This document shows, one piece after another, positions 40,048 through 53,361 of a DNA stretch of 64,000 nucleotides. The translations under genes and the position numbers were made by a program. Source of the DNA: Octopus sinensis (lineage: Eukaryota). The DNA is taken from the NCBI RefSeq assembly GCF_006345805.1, contig NC_043021.1, positions 7,626,001 through 7,690,000 of the forward strand, read 5' to 3'. Under the pieces are notes generated by a model. It saw nothing but the letters and a program-made list of their open reading frames with translations. It was not told the origin of the DNA and searched no databases. Position 1 is the stretch's first letter, and each line of letters opens with the position of its first letter.

Positions 40048-40460
40048 TTTTTTTTTTCTTTTGCAACAGTCTAAATCAGTTGAGTGTATATGAATAATAA
40101 TAATAACAACAACAACACAACGACAACGACGACAATAACAACAACAATAACAATAAATGATCTCGAATTTTGGCATAAGACCAACAATTTTGGCGGATGT
40201 GGGGTAAGTTGATATAATCGACCACTGTCTTTAACTGGTACTTAATGTTATCAACCATGGTTGGTGATGATGATGATGATGATGATAATAATAGTAATAA
40301 TATATGCAGTATTTTTTTTTTTTTTAATTGGTAAAAGTTACAAAATGGCTCAAAGACCAAGAGCTTTGTGATAAGTAACATACATGAAACTTTCAGCTGT
40401 TGAGTCACATTGTAACTTCCCATAATAAAAAAATATTCTTTAGATAAAATAAAATATATG

Positions 40461-40683
40461 CAGTAATCCCTCGTTTATCGTGGGTGATACATTTCAAAAC
40501 ACCCTGCGACAGGTGAAAATCACTGAAGTACAAACAGTACTGTGCTGCATTTTTTTATTTTTTTTATTTTTATAATTTGTATATTTATTTTATTACAAAT
40601 GCAAAACAACACCATGGCAGAATCAATGTAAGCTTAAATAATAAACTGCGATAGGTGAACCACAATATGGCAAGGGATTACTG
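40461..40683. mobile_element. pogo/Tigger-like MITE
   Basis: TIRs CAGTAATCCCTCG / CAAGGGATTACTG. Confidence 0.6.
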
Positions 40684-40720
40684 CACACACATATATATAT
40701 ATATATATATATTATATATA

Positions 40721-40885
40721 CACCGTATTTTAATGTGCATAAGGAACTGTTTTTTGTCAAAAATTAGGTTAAAAAATATGGGAGTTTCTTATACATGGAT
40801 AGTATTATAATCCCTTACAAATCCCTTTATTCCAAATTTTAAGCCCCAAAAATTAGGGGGTTCCTTATACACATTAAAATATGGT
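40721..40885. mobile_element. Small TIR element (Tc1/mariner superfamily-like)
   Basis: TIRs caccgtattttaatgtgcataagga / ttccttatacacattaaaatatggt. Confidence 0.5.
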
Positions 40886-41617
40886 ATCTATAAATATATA
40901 TATATATATATACAACACACACACACACGCACACAGTTCTAGTTATCCTGATTATTCTAGAAAACACTTTGTGTGTGTGTATATATATATACATACATAG
41001 GAATACAATAACATTGAAGATGTGACAAGTATCTACTTTTCTGAATAGCAGCCAAATCTTTTGCAAATCACATCCTATTATTTTCCCCACCTCCCCAGCA
41101 AAACAGAAAACAAGATATTGGATAATGTAGGTGAAAAAAGTGTTGAGAAGGTCATGATTGGCACGGCTCTCATTGCATTTGCTCAAAAGGTTCACTTAGA
41201 GTTATTCACAACTACAAAACAACATCAAACTAGAGAGTTGCCAACACTGTCTTAGTTAAGCTTTGTCTGAACAAAAGATGGGATAGTCATGGCTGGAATG
41301 CATTTTGTATTAGGTGTTTCTTATCAGGAGTGAACTAGGATTCAACAACATTAACATCAGTCACAGGTAACACTGCTCCCACCCTGGAAGAATTTAGAGG
41401 CAGGTGAGTGAGCTGAGTGAATCTCATTTTTCACAATAAGATGAACTAACTGCCTTTCAATTAGGCTGTATCCACTGCCTGTCTGTCCCCACCTATCTTT
41501 AAATATAGGTGAGTAATGCTTAGACATGCAAGATCTGAAGGCAAAATGAACATGTTTGTGTGTGTATGTGTGTGTGTTATTTGTCATTATTATTATTACT
41601 ACTATACTACTACTACT

Positions 41618-41994
41618 ACTACCAGCTCTGCCTTAGTGAAGGTGAAAGTATTGTTTCAGTTGTGTTTGTTAGTTTGTTTGTCCATGGATAAGATATTTCA
41701 AGAACTGCTGGATGGATTTGGATAAAACTTTCAAGGATATTTGGCCACAGGATTGGCATGAACTGGTTAAATTTTGGGATCAATCCAGCACCGGACAAGG
41801 ATTCTCAATTATTTTTCTGTTTTTTTTTTTTTAATTAATTTTTGAGAGCAACTGGGTTCATTTTTAGTATTCTCGTTTGTGAGAGCAGTCAAGTTTATTT
41901 CAGATATTCTCATTTTAAAAAATCACCTCTGGCTAATCGTTGAGAGGACGTTGGTTGTTGCCTTGGCAAAGGTTTGCGCTCTCCGAGTGCTCTT
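41618..41994 (+). mobile_element. Non-autonomous Helentron/HINE (DINE-1-like) element
   Basis: 5' subterminal repeat ctctgccttag matched by 3' ccttggcaaag; internal (GTTT)n; 3' hairpin gcgctc-tcc-gagtgc followed by T-rich end. Confidence 0.6.
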
Positions 41995-43210
41995 ATTATT
42001 ATTATTATTATTATAATTAAGGTGGTGAGCTGACAGAATCATTAACATGCTCAACAAAACGCTAAGTGCTATTTCACCCATCGCTACATTCTGAGTTCAA
42101 ATTCCACTGAAGACAACTCTGCCTTCCATCCTCTTGGGGTTGATAAAATAAGTACCAGTTGAACACTGGTATCGATGTAATTGACTCATAACCTCCCCCA
42201 CCCCCACCCACCCAAAAAATCGGCAAAATTTGAAACTATTATTATTATTATTTTCTTCACACTCAACCGAGGTCAATTTTTGCCTTTTATCCTTTCGGGT
42301 TCAATGAAATAAATACCAGTTACGCACTGGGGTCAATGTAATCAACAAGTCCCCTATCCCCCCAAAATTTCAGGCTTTGTGCCTTTAGTAGAAAGGATAA
42401 TTATTATTATTATTACTACTACTACTACTACTACTATTATTATTAATATTATTATTACTATTACTATTATTATTTAATACAATTTGATTCAGCTCCAGGT
42501 GACTTCATCTCACAGGCCTCTAGCAGAGCACTGGGGTCAATGTAATCAACAAGTCCCCTATCCTCCAAAAATTTCAGGCTTTTTGCTTTTTGTAGAAAGG
42601 ATTATTATCATTATTATTTTATTATTATTATTATTATTATTACTACTACTATTATTATTATTATTATTGTTATTATTATTACTATTATTATTATTATTAA
42701 TATTAATATTATTATTATTATTAATATTATTATTACTATTATTATTTAATACAGTTTGATTCAGCTCCATGTGACTTCATCTCACAGGCCTCCAGCAGAG
42801 GCCCATCTCTTTCAGACTTTGTTAATTGAATCAATAACCAAAACCTGAAAGAGATAGGTTTCTGTTAGAAGCCTACAAAGACTTCAAGTCACATGGAACC
42901 AAATCAAATTGTTTTAGATAATACATGTAACTCTAACTAAATAAACAGAGAGCTTTTTTTTTCTTTCATTTGTACACTCACTCGTATATACACACAGAGT
43001 CCACCGAAAAAATGTATACACACTTCAGGAAAGGAAAAAATATGTATAAACATTTTCATTCAGTGTTGTTGCAATTTATTCAGTGCTATCATAATTTGAT
43101 AAAGTATCGAAAGTGGTATTCATATTTATAAAGATATTTATACAAGTTAAATATTTATACAGATTCTTCCTATCATGAAGTTTGTATAAATTTGTTTAGC
43201 AGAATGTGCA

Positions 43211-43251
<41 letters not shown>

Positions 43252-43392
43252 CCATATATATATCATCATCATCATCATTTAACATCTGTTGTCTATGCTG
43301 GCATAGCTTGCCAGCCCTAGTCAAACCGTCCAACCCATGTCAGCATGGACAATGGACGCTAAATGATGATGATGATATATATATGTGGTACT

Positions 43393-43423
<31 letters not shown>

Positions 43424-43513
43424 CATGCTGACATGGGTTGGACGGTTTGACTAGGACTGGCAAGCTATGCCAGCAATAGACAACAGACGTTAAATGATGA
43501 TGATATATATGTT

Positions 43514-43546
<33 letters not shown>

Positions 43547-43700
43547 TATATATATACATATATATCACACACACATATATATATATATAATAAATTTATA
43601 TTATAAAATTATATGGTTATGGACAATATGTCCAATTTTCAGCATATTTGGCATTAGAATTTTTTTCGTTTGCCCTTATTTATAAGTTGTATATATATAT

Positions 43701-43741
<41 letters not shown>

Positions 43742-43905
43742 AGTTTTTTTTTAATGTCGAGTTGTGATAAAAATAATTTTACATTCATCTGAAGGATTAC
43801 ACAATACGCTTTTGCAAAGAACATACTGTAAACGCCTGGTAAATGATGGAAATGTAAAACTCCTAGGAATAATCCATGAAAACTGCAGCTTCAAATAAAA
43901 TACAA

Positions 43906-43952
<47 letters not shown>

Positions 43953-44153
43953 TACACATACACGCATGCATGCACACATGTGTACAACACATACATGTAC
44001 ATGCGAATGCATATACAGAGATTTATGTATGTGAAGATATACAAACATGCCGAATGGGCTATAAACCAATTATAGCAATTCTCAATTGATAGATGTGATG
44101 CTGCATCGTACTGCTACTACAGAGTTGAAAGCTTTCCTAGCTTCTTTGACCAG

Positions 44154-44223
44154 TGGCCGACAGACTGAAAGCCTTGGAAAGTCTTTGCAAGTATGGTGAC
44201 CATCCTTCTATATTTCTCTGCAG
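44154..44223 (+). CDS. Putative plus-strand exon, unknown protein
   Basis: Acceptor ttctttgaccag, donor CAG|gtatga, open frame ADRLKALESLCKYGDHPSIFLC; phase-compatible with the candidate 41099-41130 (KTENKILDNV, strong pyrimidine acceptor). Confidence 0.2.
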
Positions 44224-44297
44224 GTATGAAATGTATAGATATAAAAAAGATATACAGTTATACATAGATACACACACACACACACACACACACACAT

Positions 44298-44331
<34 letters not shown>

Positions 44332-44499
44332 AATTTTTAGTTCATTAATGATATGTGGTTTGTGTCTGATGAATATTATGAGGTATTTCTCGACATATGA
44401 AACTATTAGTAGCAGTTAAAGACATGCATTGTGTCTATTAAATAAAATTTCTCTCTCACCAGATGGAGTACTTTTTTTTGTCAATCTTACCATTGTGGG

Positions 44500-44940
44500 A
44501 CGGGACATTATATATATACATATATATATACATATATATATATACATATATACATATACATATATATATATACATATATATATATACATATATACATATA
44601 CATATATATATATACATATATACATATACATATATATATATACATATATACATATACATATACATATATATATATACATATACATATATACATATATACA
44701 TATACATATATACATATACATATATATAAATACATATATATACATATATATACATATATATATACATTATATACATATATATACACATATATATAATACA
44801 TATATATACACATATATATATACATATATATACATATATATACATATATATACATATAATATACATATATATACATATATATACATATATATACATATAT
44901 ATACACATATATACACATATATACATATATATATATACAC

Positions 44941-44991
<51 letters not shown>

Positions 44992-45050
44992 CATATATAT
45001 ATACATATATATATATACATATATATAAATACATATATATATATATAAAA
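44500..45050. repeat. Long (TA)/(TATAC/TACA) compound microsatellite
   Basis: Read directly. Confidence 0.9.
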
Positions 45051-45147
45051 TAATATCAGGGTAATAAAAAATTTTAGAAATTTTTACTACCAGTGGCCAA
45101 GCATGTAAAAAAATTGTTATTAAACTATATATTATTCATATAAATAC

Positions 45148-45364
45148 AGTGTACATTTAAACACATAAGAGGCATCCATCATAGGATTCCTTGCACGCTA
45201 GAAGGAACAGCTAAAATCCAAACCATTATTAGGGATAAACTTCAAAAGGAATGAAAAATAAAAACATTTAAATGTTTATCCTAATAGTGGTTTGATTTTA
45301 GCTGTTCCTTTTAGCATGCAAGAAATTCTATGATGGATACCTCTTATGTGTTTAAATGTACACT
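45148..45364. repeat. Foldback element (imperfect inverted repeat, ~90-bp arms)
   Basis: agtgtacatttaaacacataagagg...gggataaac / gtttatccta...tgtgtttaaatgtacact. Confidence 0.8.
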
Positions 45365-45749
45365 ATATATATATATATATATATATATACACAAAATGTA
45401 CACATACATACACACACACAAATGTGCGTATGCAGAAATGACTATGGTTAAGCAGTATGATTTGCAACAATATTTTAATTGATCGAATCAACCCCAAGAA
45501 CTTAGTGTTTTTTAAAAACAAGAACTCATTTTACTGGTCTCTTCTATTGCCAAACCACTAATTTACAGGGATATAAGCAAAGCACTGGCCGTCAAGTCAG
45601 GGAGCAGAGACAACAATCACAAGTATAAACATTGATATATATGTATATATTAATCAATATAGGGAGGCAAAAAAAATTTTGTAGAATTCTTTTGCCCCCA
45701 GCGGCCCAGTGGGAAAAAATTAAATAGTCATAAACCATTTTTAAGTTCA

Positions 45750-45978
45750 ATATCACAATTAAGGAACGGCCATAATAGGCCATTCACCCACTAGAAATAA
45801 CAGCCAAAAAGCTTCAACCGCAAAATAACATTAATTCCGTAAATCAGGAGAAAATTAAGTAAATGTTTTTTAATTTTCTCCTGATTTACGGAATTAATGT
45901 TATTTTGCGGTTGAAGCTTTTTGGCTGTTATTTCTAGTGGGTGAATGGCCTATTATGGCCGTTCCTTAATTGTGATAT
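45750..45978. repeat. Perfect inverted repeat, 109-bp arms, 11-bp spacer
   Basis: 45750-45858 is the exact reverse complement of 45870-45978 (checked by eye). Confidence 0.9.
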
Positions 45979-46013
45979 ATATGTATATATATACCCTTCT
46001 GTCTGGCACTAGT

Positions 46014-46203
46014 CGCCATGATAAATCGTTAGCCACTACACACATTTTTTTTCTGTCCTTGTTTTTTCTGTGTCCCTTTCTGTAGAAGACCTTAGGCTCA
46101 AAACGTAAAAGACTGTTTTCTATTCCTGAGCGTTATACTAATACATCTGTTTGTTTTGTACACCACCTGTTTTCGCCTTTTGTTTTTTTTCGTAAACTCT
46201 CCC
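46014..46203 (+). mobile_element. Copy of the same Penelope-like HHR-variant repeat (degenerate)
   Basis: gccatgataaatcgttagccactacac...cctttCTGTAGAagaccttaggctcaaaacgtaaaagac...ctctccc. Confidence 0.5.
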
Positions 46204-47589
46204 TATCATCATCATCATCATCATCGTTTAGCGTCCCTATATATATATATATATATATATATTTATTTATTATATATGTTTTTTTTTAATATTTTTGTTG
46301 TTTATGTAAAATCTCAGAAAATAATTAAAAATTCACATGTTTTTTTTGTTAAATTATTTTGTTATATTTGTCTATCTGTCCAACTGTAAACATTTTAAAT
46401 ATTTCACTAACTTTTTGTTATAACTTGGCAAAAGGGTACATATTTTGCCAAAAATTGCCACACAGTCTCCATCTACCAAATCCACTCAACAGCATTGGAC
46501 AGCCGAGAGTTACTGCAGAAAACACTTGCTCAAGGTACTGAGCAGTGGGACTGAACCTGAAACCACACAGCCATGTCTGTGCCTATTTATATATATATAC
46601 ACACACACACACATACATACATGCATACAGATGCACACGTGTGTTCCCAACCACATGGTTCTAGGTTCAAGTGACACTGTGTGGTACCTTGGGTGAGTGT
46701 CTTCTGGCTGACCAAAGCTTTGTGAATGGATTTGATAGACAGAAACTGAAAGAAGCCCATTGTTTATACATGTTTATGCTACCACCACTGCTTGACAACC
46801 AGTGTGGGTGTGTTTATCTGTAACTTAGCAGTTCAGCAAAAAAAGACCGATAGAATAAGTACCAGACTTTAAAAAAATATAATAAATAATTACAAGGGTT
46901 GATTCAATTGACTAGAAAATTCTTCTGGGTGGTGCTCCAGCATGGCCACAGTCTAATGACTGAAACAAGTAAAAAATAAAAGATACATAGATACAGGTCA
47001 CACACCACATCATCATCATCATCATCATCATCAGGATCATCATGCTGCTCGATAAAGTAACAGACATATTGAACAGCTTCTGGAAAATCTAATACTGCCT
47101 GACACACAGAGAGTAAATCCAAAATCAGGAGTGGTTCTCTGGAGAAAAGCAGACTGATATAAAAGTGTATGTATGTGTCGGAAATATGCATATGTGTTTC
47201 TACATACATACATGAGAGAATAAAATATGAAAAATAGTGAAAATCTTAACAGAAAATAAATATGAAAATGTCTCTAAGTTCTATAATTAATTCAAAACAG
47301 CGTTTATTAAATTTTCCCATTATAAACCTTTATTTGACACCCTACAACAAAATTAGTTAAAACACATAATTATATATATATATCATCATCATCATCATCA
47401 TCATCGTCGTTTAACGTCCGTTTTCCGCGCTAGCACGGGTTGGACGGTTTCGACCGGGGTCTGGGGAGCTAGGGACTGCCCCAGGCTCCAGTCTAGTCTG
47501 GCAGTGTTTCTACAGCTGGATGCCCTTCCTAACGCCAACCACTCCGCGAGTGTAGTGGGTGTTTTTTACGTGCCACCTGCACAGGTGCC

Positions 47590-47632
<43 letters not shown>

Positions 47633-47742
47633 CATCATCATCATCGTTTAACGTCCGCTTTCCATGCTAGCATGAGTGGGAGGATTTGACTGCGGACTGG
47701 CGAACCAGATGGCTGCACTAGGGTCCAATCTTGATCTGGCAG

Positions 47743-47796
<54 letters not shown>

Positions 47797-47800
<4 letters not shown>

Positions 47801-48120
47801 TCAGTGGTTAGAGCGTCGAGCTTACGATCGTGAGGTTGTGAGCTCGAATCCCAGACCGAGCTGCGTGTTGTGTTCTTGAGCAAGGCACTTTATTTCACGT
47901 TGCTCCAGTTCACTCAGCTGTAGAAATGAGTTGCGACGTCACTGGTGCCAAGCTGTATCGACCTTTGTCTTTCCCTTGGATAACACTGGTGGCGTGGAGA
48001 GGGGAGGCCGGTATGCATGGGCGACTGCTGGTCTTCCATAAACAACCTTGCCCGGACTTGTGTCTAGGAGGGTAACTTTCTAGGTGCAATCCCATGGTCA
48101 TTCATGACCAAAGGGGGTCT
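47797..48120 (+). mobile_element. SINE family D (tRNA-Val-like head, CORE-like central domain)
   Basis: Head tggctcagtggttagagcgtcgagcttacgatcgtgaggttgtgagctcgaatccc; then tgttcttgagcaaggcact; second copy at 61038-61365. Confidence 0.8.
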
Positions 48121-48308
48121 TAAAAAAATATATATATAGCAATAAGAAAATGGAGGGGATCAATAGGTGGTTCATCAACTTTTAGACATTATATTATGTT
48201 AACTTATTTATTTATTTACTATATATATAGATATATATATATTTCGTTTTTATATATCAGTAATTATCACTTTAAATACTGATGATTTGACTCCAGTTCA
48301 TTATTATT

Positions 48309-48478
48309 CCTGGTATGTGGGTATGCTGGTTACTACCTGTAACCTTAGGTATTCATCCAGAAGCTGTCAATAGTCTTTCAAGCACTTAAAACCCTCCTGA
48401 TAATCTTTGTTGTCCGTAAGAGGCAAACTTCCTGTAGAAGCTCCACAGGACATTCTATTCCAATCACCTTCAACCAAT
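48309..48478 (-). mobile_element. 3' end fragment of an R4/Dong-like LINE
   Basis: Minus frame WLKVIGIECPVELLQEVCLLRTTKIIRRVLSA*; flanked by (TAA)n on both sides. Confidence 0.65.
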
Positions 48479-48492
48479 TATTATTAGTATTA

Positions 48493-48526
<34 letters not shown>

Positions 48527-49561
48527 CATTATTATTATCATTATTAATTATTATTATTATTATTGAGTGAGAGAGCAGTGCATGCCATCAATGTGACACT
48601 GGGGTAAAATATACAAAGTCCAGTATACCCATCATGACTACCCGTCAGATTATTATTATTATTATTTTTATTATTATTATTATTATTACTATTAAGGAAG
48701 TAAGCTGGCAGAATATTTAAAGCATCGGAAAAGGTGCTTTGCAGTATTTCTTTTGGCTCTTTATGCATGGATTCCAAGTTCTACTAGGGTCAACTTTGCC
48801 TTTCATCCTTTTGGGGGTCAAGTACAGAGTTGATGTAATCAACCAACACCCTTCCCTTAAACTGACTAGCCTGGTGCCTCAATCAGAAATAATAATAATA
48901 ATAATAACAACAACAACAATAATAATGAAATTATTATCATTATTATTATTATTATTTCTATTGCAGTGGATTGACAGAATCATTAGAGCATCAGGCAAAA
49001 TACCTTGCAGTATTTGTTGTGACCAGGTTCTGGGTGCAAGTCCAGGTGAAGAGGAATTTGTCTTTCAGATCACCGGTCTCAATAAAATAAACTACCACAA
49101 AGCACTAGGACCACTGGCAGTGACTATCACCCCACTGCTCTGAAAAAATGTTGTTGGCCTTGAGCCAAAGTCAGTAAAACCGTCATCATCATCAACATCA
49201 TTACTATTCTCATTATTAAGGTGGCGAACTGACCAAACCATTAGCATGCTGGCTTTACGTTCTGAGTTCAAACTGCACCAAGGTCAACTCTGTCTTTCAT
49301 TCTTCCGGGATCAATAAAATAAGTACCAGCTGAGTGCTGAGATTGATGTAATGGACTATCCCCCTCCCATAAAATTTCAGGACTTGTGCCTGCAGTAGAA
49401 AGGATTATTATTATTATCATAATTATTATTATTATTATTATCATTGATGTTATTAATATTAATAAGGTGAAGCCCTAGAATCAGACGGTACTGTACTTAA
49501 GTCATTTTAATCACTTAAACCTCCTTCCTCACGCAAATCTTTCAATGAACATTCTATTGTA

Positions 49562-49604
<43 letters not shown>

Positions 49605-50285
49605 TTACTACTACTACTACTATTATTGCAGTTGTTAATAATGACGCTGTAAAAAGCAATTTTTGTTATTAATTAACAATAATTATTTATTTTATACTGT
49701 CAATAATAATAATAATAATAATAATATTAATGTGTTTAACATTAACGTCGTAGACATTGTCAGGATTGTCATCACCTTTATCACAGTCGACATTGTCATC
49801 AATATTTTTTTCGACCATATTGATCATTTGGAAATTTTGTGACATTATTGGTACATTTACGTAAGCAAAAACACCAAAAAGGTTTTAAAAAAAGGGGACA
49901 GAAAAAGTGAGGAGAATAAAGAAAAGATACCCAAAAAACATCGGACTGAAAAATCTATTCTTTTAGTCACGAGTATCAGCCTAACTATTGGAGTGCAATA
50001 TCGACATCGTTTTATATCATTGAAAGAAATTTTGTTATAAATTAACACAAAAACATATTCATTACGATTCTTCTTTTCAGCATATATTACACACACATAC
50101 ACACACACACACACAAATAAATTCACAAACAATGGAATGAAACTAAAAGAAAATTCTATATTATGTTCTTATAATGTCATAACAAATGAAATATCAAGCA
50201 TTAAGAAAAAAAACATTAAAAGATTCATATTATATATATAAAAGCATAAAACTATTATTAGTAGTTCTTTTAGCTGTGTATCAAA

Positions 50286-50350
<65 letters not shown>

Positions 50351-50433
50351 AGGTCCCGGGTTGAGTCGGGGTTAACCACAGTAAATAAGGTACTCAATAC
50401 ATAGCAGAGTAAATTAATTTATTTTATAGAAGG

Positions 50434-50484
50434 AGCTTCTACAGGACTAGAACTGTTTCATTCAGATGAAATCTTCAGGAAGCT
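50434..50484 (-). ncRNA. Type I hammerhead ribozyme motif, canonical core
   Basis: Minus strand: AGCTTC-CTGAAGA-TTTCATCTGAAT-GAAA-CAG-TTCTAGTC-CTG-TA-GAAGCT. Stem I is 6 bp perfect; stem II is TTC/GAA above a U-U pair; stem III is ACAG/CTGT; GUA cleavage triplet, predicted cut between 50440 and 50439. Confidence 0.75.
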
Positions 50485-51118
50485 ATATATATATATATAC
50501 ACACACACATACAATCACACACACCATCTTTACTTGTGTAGAAGTCACAATATTTCATATTTGATTTTTTTAACTAAGAAAACAAGGGTGAAACATATAT
50601 AAGGGGGCAAAGCTAAAAAAACAATCAAAGGCAAAAATTTTGTATTAGATCTCATTACAAAATTTTGTACTGAGATCTAATACAAAGTTAGGGGTGCAAC
50701 TTATACACAAATGTGAATCTATACATGAATAAATACTGTGTGTGTGTGTGTGTGTGCAAGATATCTCACCTGTTTGAAGAACTGAAGTCCTCCCAAAACT
50801 AGCATATGAAACCAAAGTTTTGGGGAGTAAAAGACTGGTCTTAGTGACACTTGCCAGAAGTGTCTCTTGGCATGTAATTAACTATTCCTACGAAGCAAGT
50901 GAGGCAGGTGATGATGTTTGATTCAGCATCTTATCAATATGTTAAATGCTTTCTCCATCCTTTGAGAAAAGAAAAGAGAAGAAACAAAAAAAAATATATA
51001 TAAAATTAATAAACTGAAGCAATAATATGTTTGGCTTATAATCAAAATGAAAATAAAGCATAAAAATGCATGTATTACATATACAGCAAAAACATTATAT
51101 GCGTGTACGGGTGGGTGT

Positions 51119-51150
<32 letters not shown>

Positions 51151-51256
51151 ATCACACATGCACAAGACACATACATAGACATAATGGAAGTCAGCTCAAC
51201 AGTGAGTATGACTATTGCTTGATTTATATATATATATGTTATATATATATATATAT

Positions 51257-51288
<32 letters not shown>

Positions 51289-51614
51289 GTCTCCTTCAGT
51301 ATAATTTATATATATATATAACACACACACACATACAAACAAACATGTACATCTGTGTATTTGAATATATATATACACACACATATACACGTATATATGT
51401 TCTACTATATACATTACCCAAAATATATACCTGTATATTCACGTATGTTTCAGTATGTACACTGACTGGTTAATCTAACCTTCATCACTATAATAAAATA
51501 TAATGATAAGGAGCTAAAATTAATTGAATTTAGGTATATTCAACCACTCTTCCATCCCTGTATTTTTAATTAGTATCTCTACATATAGAGGTTGGTGTGT
51601 CTATGTATGTGTGA

Positions 51615-51648
<34 letters not shown>

Positions 51649-51878
51649 GTATGTATGTATATATATATATGTATGTATATATATATATATATGTATGTAT
51701 ATATATGTATATATATATATGTATGTATATATATATAATATTCATTCATACATCTATTGAGATATGACAATCTATATGTATGCAAAGGCATAAATGTATA
51801 CATACATATGTACAAATAAACACATACATATAAATATATACATTCACAAATACATATAAAATGGTGTGTGTGTATGTA

Positions 51879-51923
<45 letters not shown>

Positions 51924-52167
51924 ATATGTAGGTGTGTGTATATATATTTTGATATAGACCACCATACATATACACATATTGACATATTTATATACACACA
52001 TGTATGTATAAATACATTCATTTATATACATACAGGATACACTTGTATAAATACACACACATATATATACACCCTAACATCTGTCTTCCTTTTAAATGTA
52101 TGCATGAATATTTAGGTGGATGATATACATATATACACACATACATTCATATGTATATATAATGTAA

Positions 52168-52208
<41 letters not shown>

Positions 52209-52440
52209 CATATACACATACATTCATATGTATATATAATGTATGTATATATATAATATATTCACATATACACATACATTCATATGTATATATAATGTAT
52301 GTATATATATATATTCACATATACACATACATTCATATGTATATATAATGTATGTATATATATATATAATATATATTCACATATACACATACATACATTA
52401 ATATATATATATAATATATTCACATATACACATACATACA

Positions 52441-52508
<68 letters not shown>

Positions 52509-53237
52509 ATGTATGTATGTATGTGTGTATGTATGTACAGAGACATGTGTATGTAAGTCTCATTTTATATTTTAATTAAAACAATTAACAAGAACCTGTT
52601 CTTTTGTTTTGTAAACTGAAGCAAAAATTCTCAATTTCATACAAGGAACAAAAAACAAAAAGAAAACATTTTAAAATTAGGGTTCATCATTGCTACCCCA
52701 ATAATAATAACAATAATAATGATAATAACAATAACAATAATAATAATGATAATAATGACAATGAAGATGACACGAACATCGACTTAGATACTGATAATAA
52801 CAATACAAATAAGTAGGAGAAAGGACAAAACAAGAAGCTTACTGTCCAATTAAGTAAAAATCTGTTGTAAGGTCAAATATCCATTGTTGTATGTATGAGA
52901 GAGAGAGAGAGAGAGAAAGAAAGAGAGATGGGGAGCGACAGAGAGAGAGAAAAAGGCAAAGGGAGACGGTGAAGGTGATGATTGTAAAATGCAGTGTTGC
53001 TTCAAAATGAAGAGGCTGTTATGGCAACCTCTGACGATGAAGATTCTAATACATTACCACAGAAAATTATAATAAATAACGTCATAGGTTGTGAGTGGTG
53101 GCGCACGCATGCATCCTCACGCATACATAGAGACAACCGCGCACACACCCCCTCATATATTTATATATATATATAGCCACAAACATATGTATGCACACGA
53201 CTAAGTGTGTATGTGTGTGTGAGCCGTACACACAGAC

Positions 53238-53295
<58 letters not shown>

Positions 53296-53330
53296 TTAAT
53301 GTGCATATATATAGATCGCATATTGATGAA

Positions 53331-53361
<31 letters not shown>

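Noticed and set aside
44416-45034. Long Y/I/H/T/M/C-rich ORFs (also 15077-15419, 27435-27828, 54854-56255, 56684-57272)
   Set aside because: Translations of (TA)/(CA)/(TATG) arrays, open in several frames on both strands; not protein-like.
47797-47870. tRNA-Val(TAC)-like sequence
   Set aside because: No closing acceptor stem; continues into a SINE body and has a diverged copy at 61038, so it is a SINE head.
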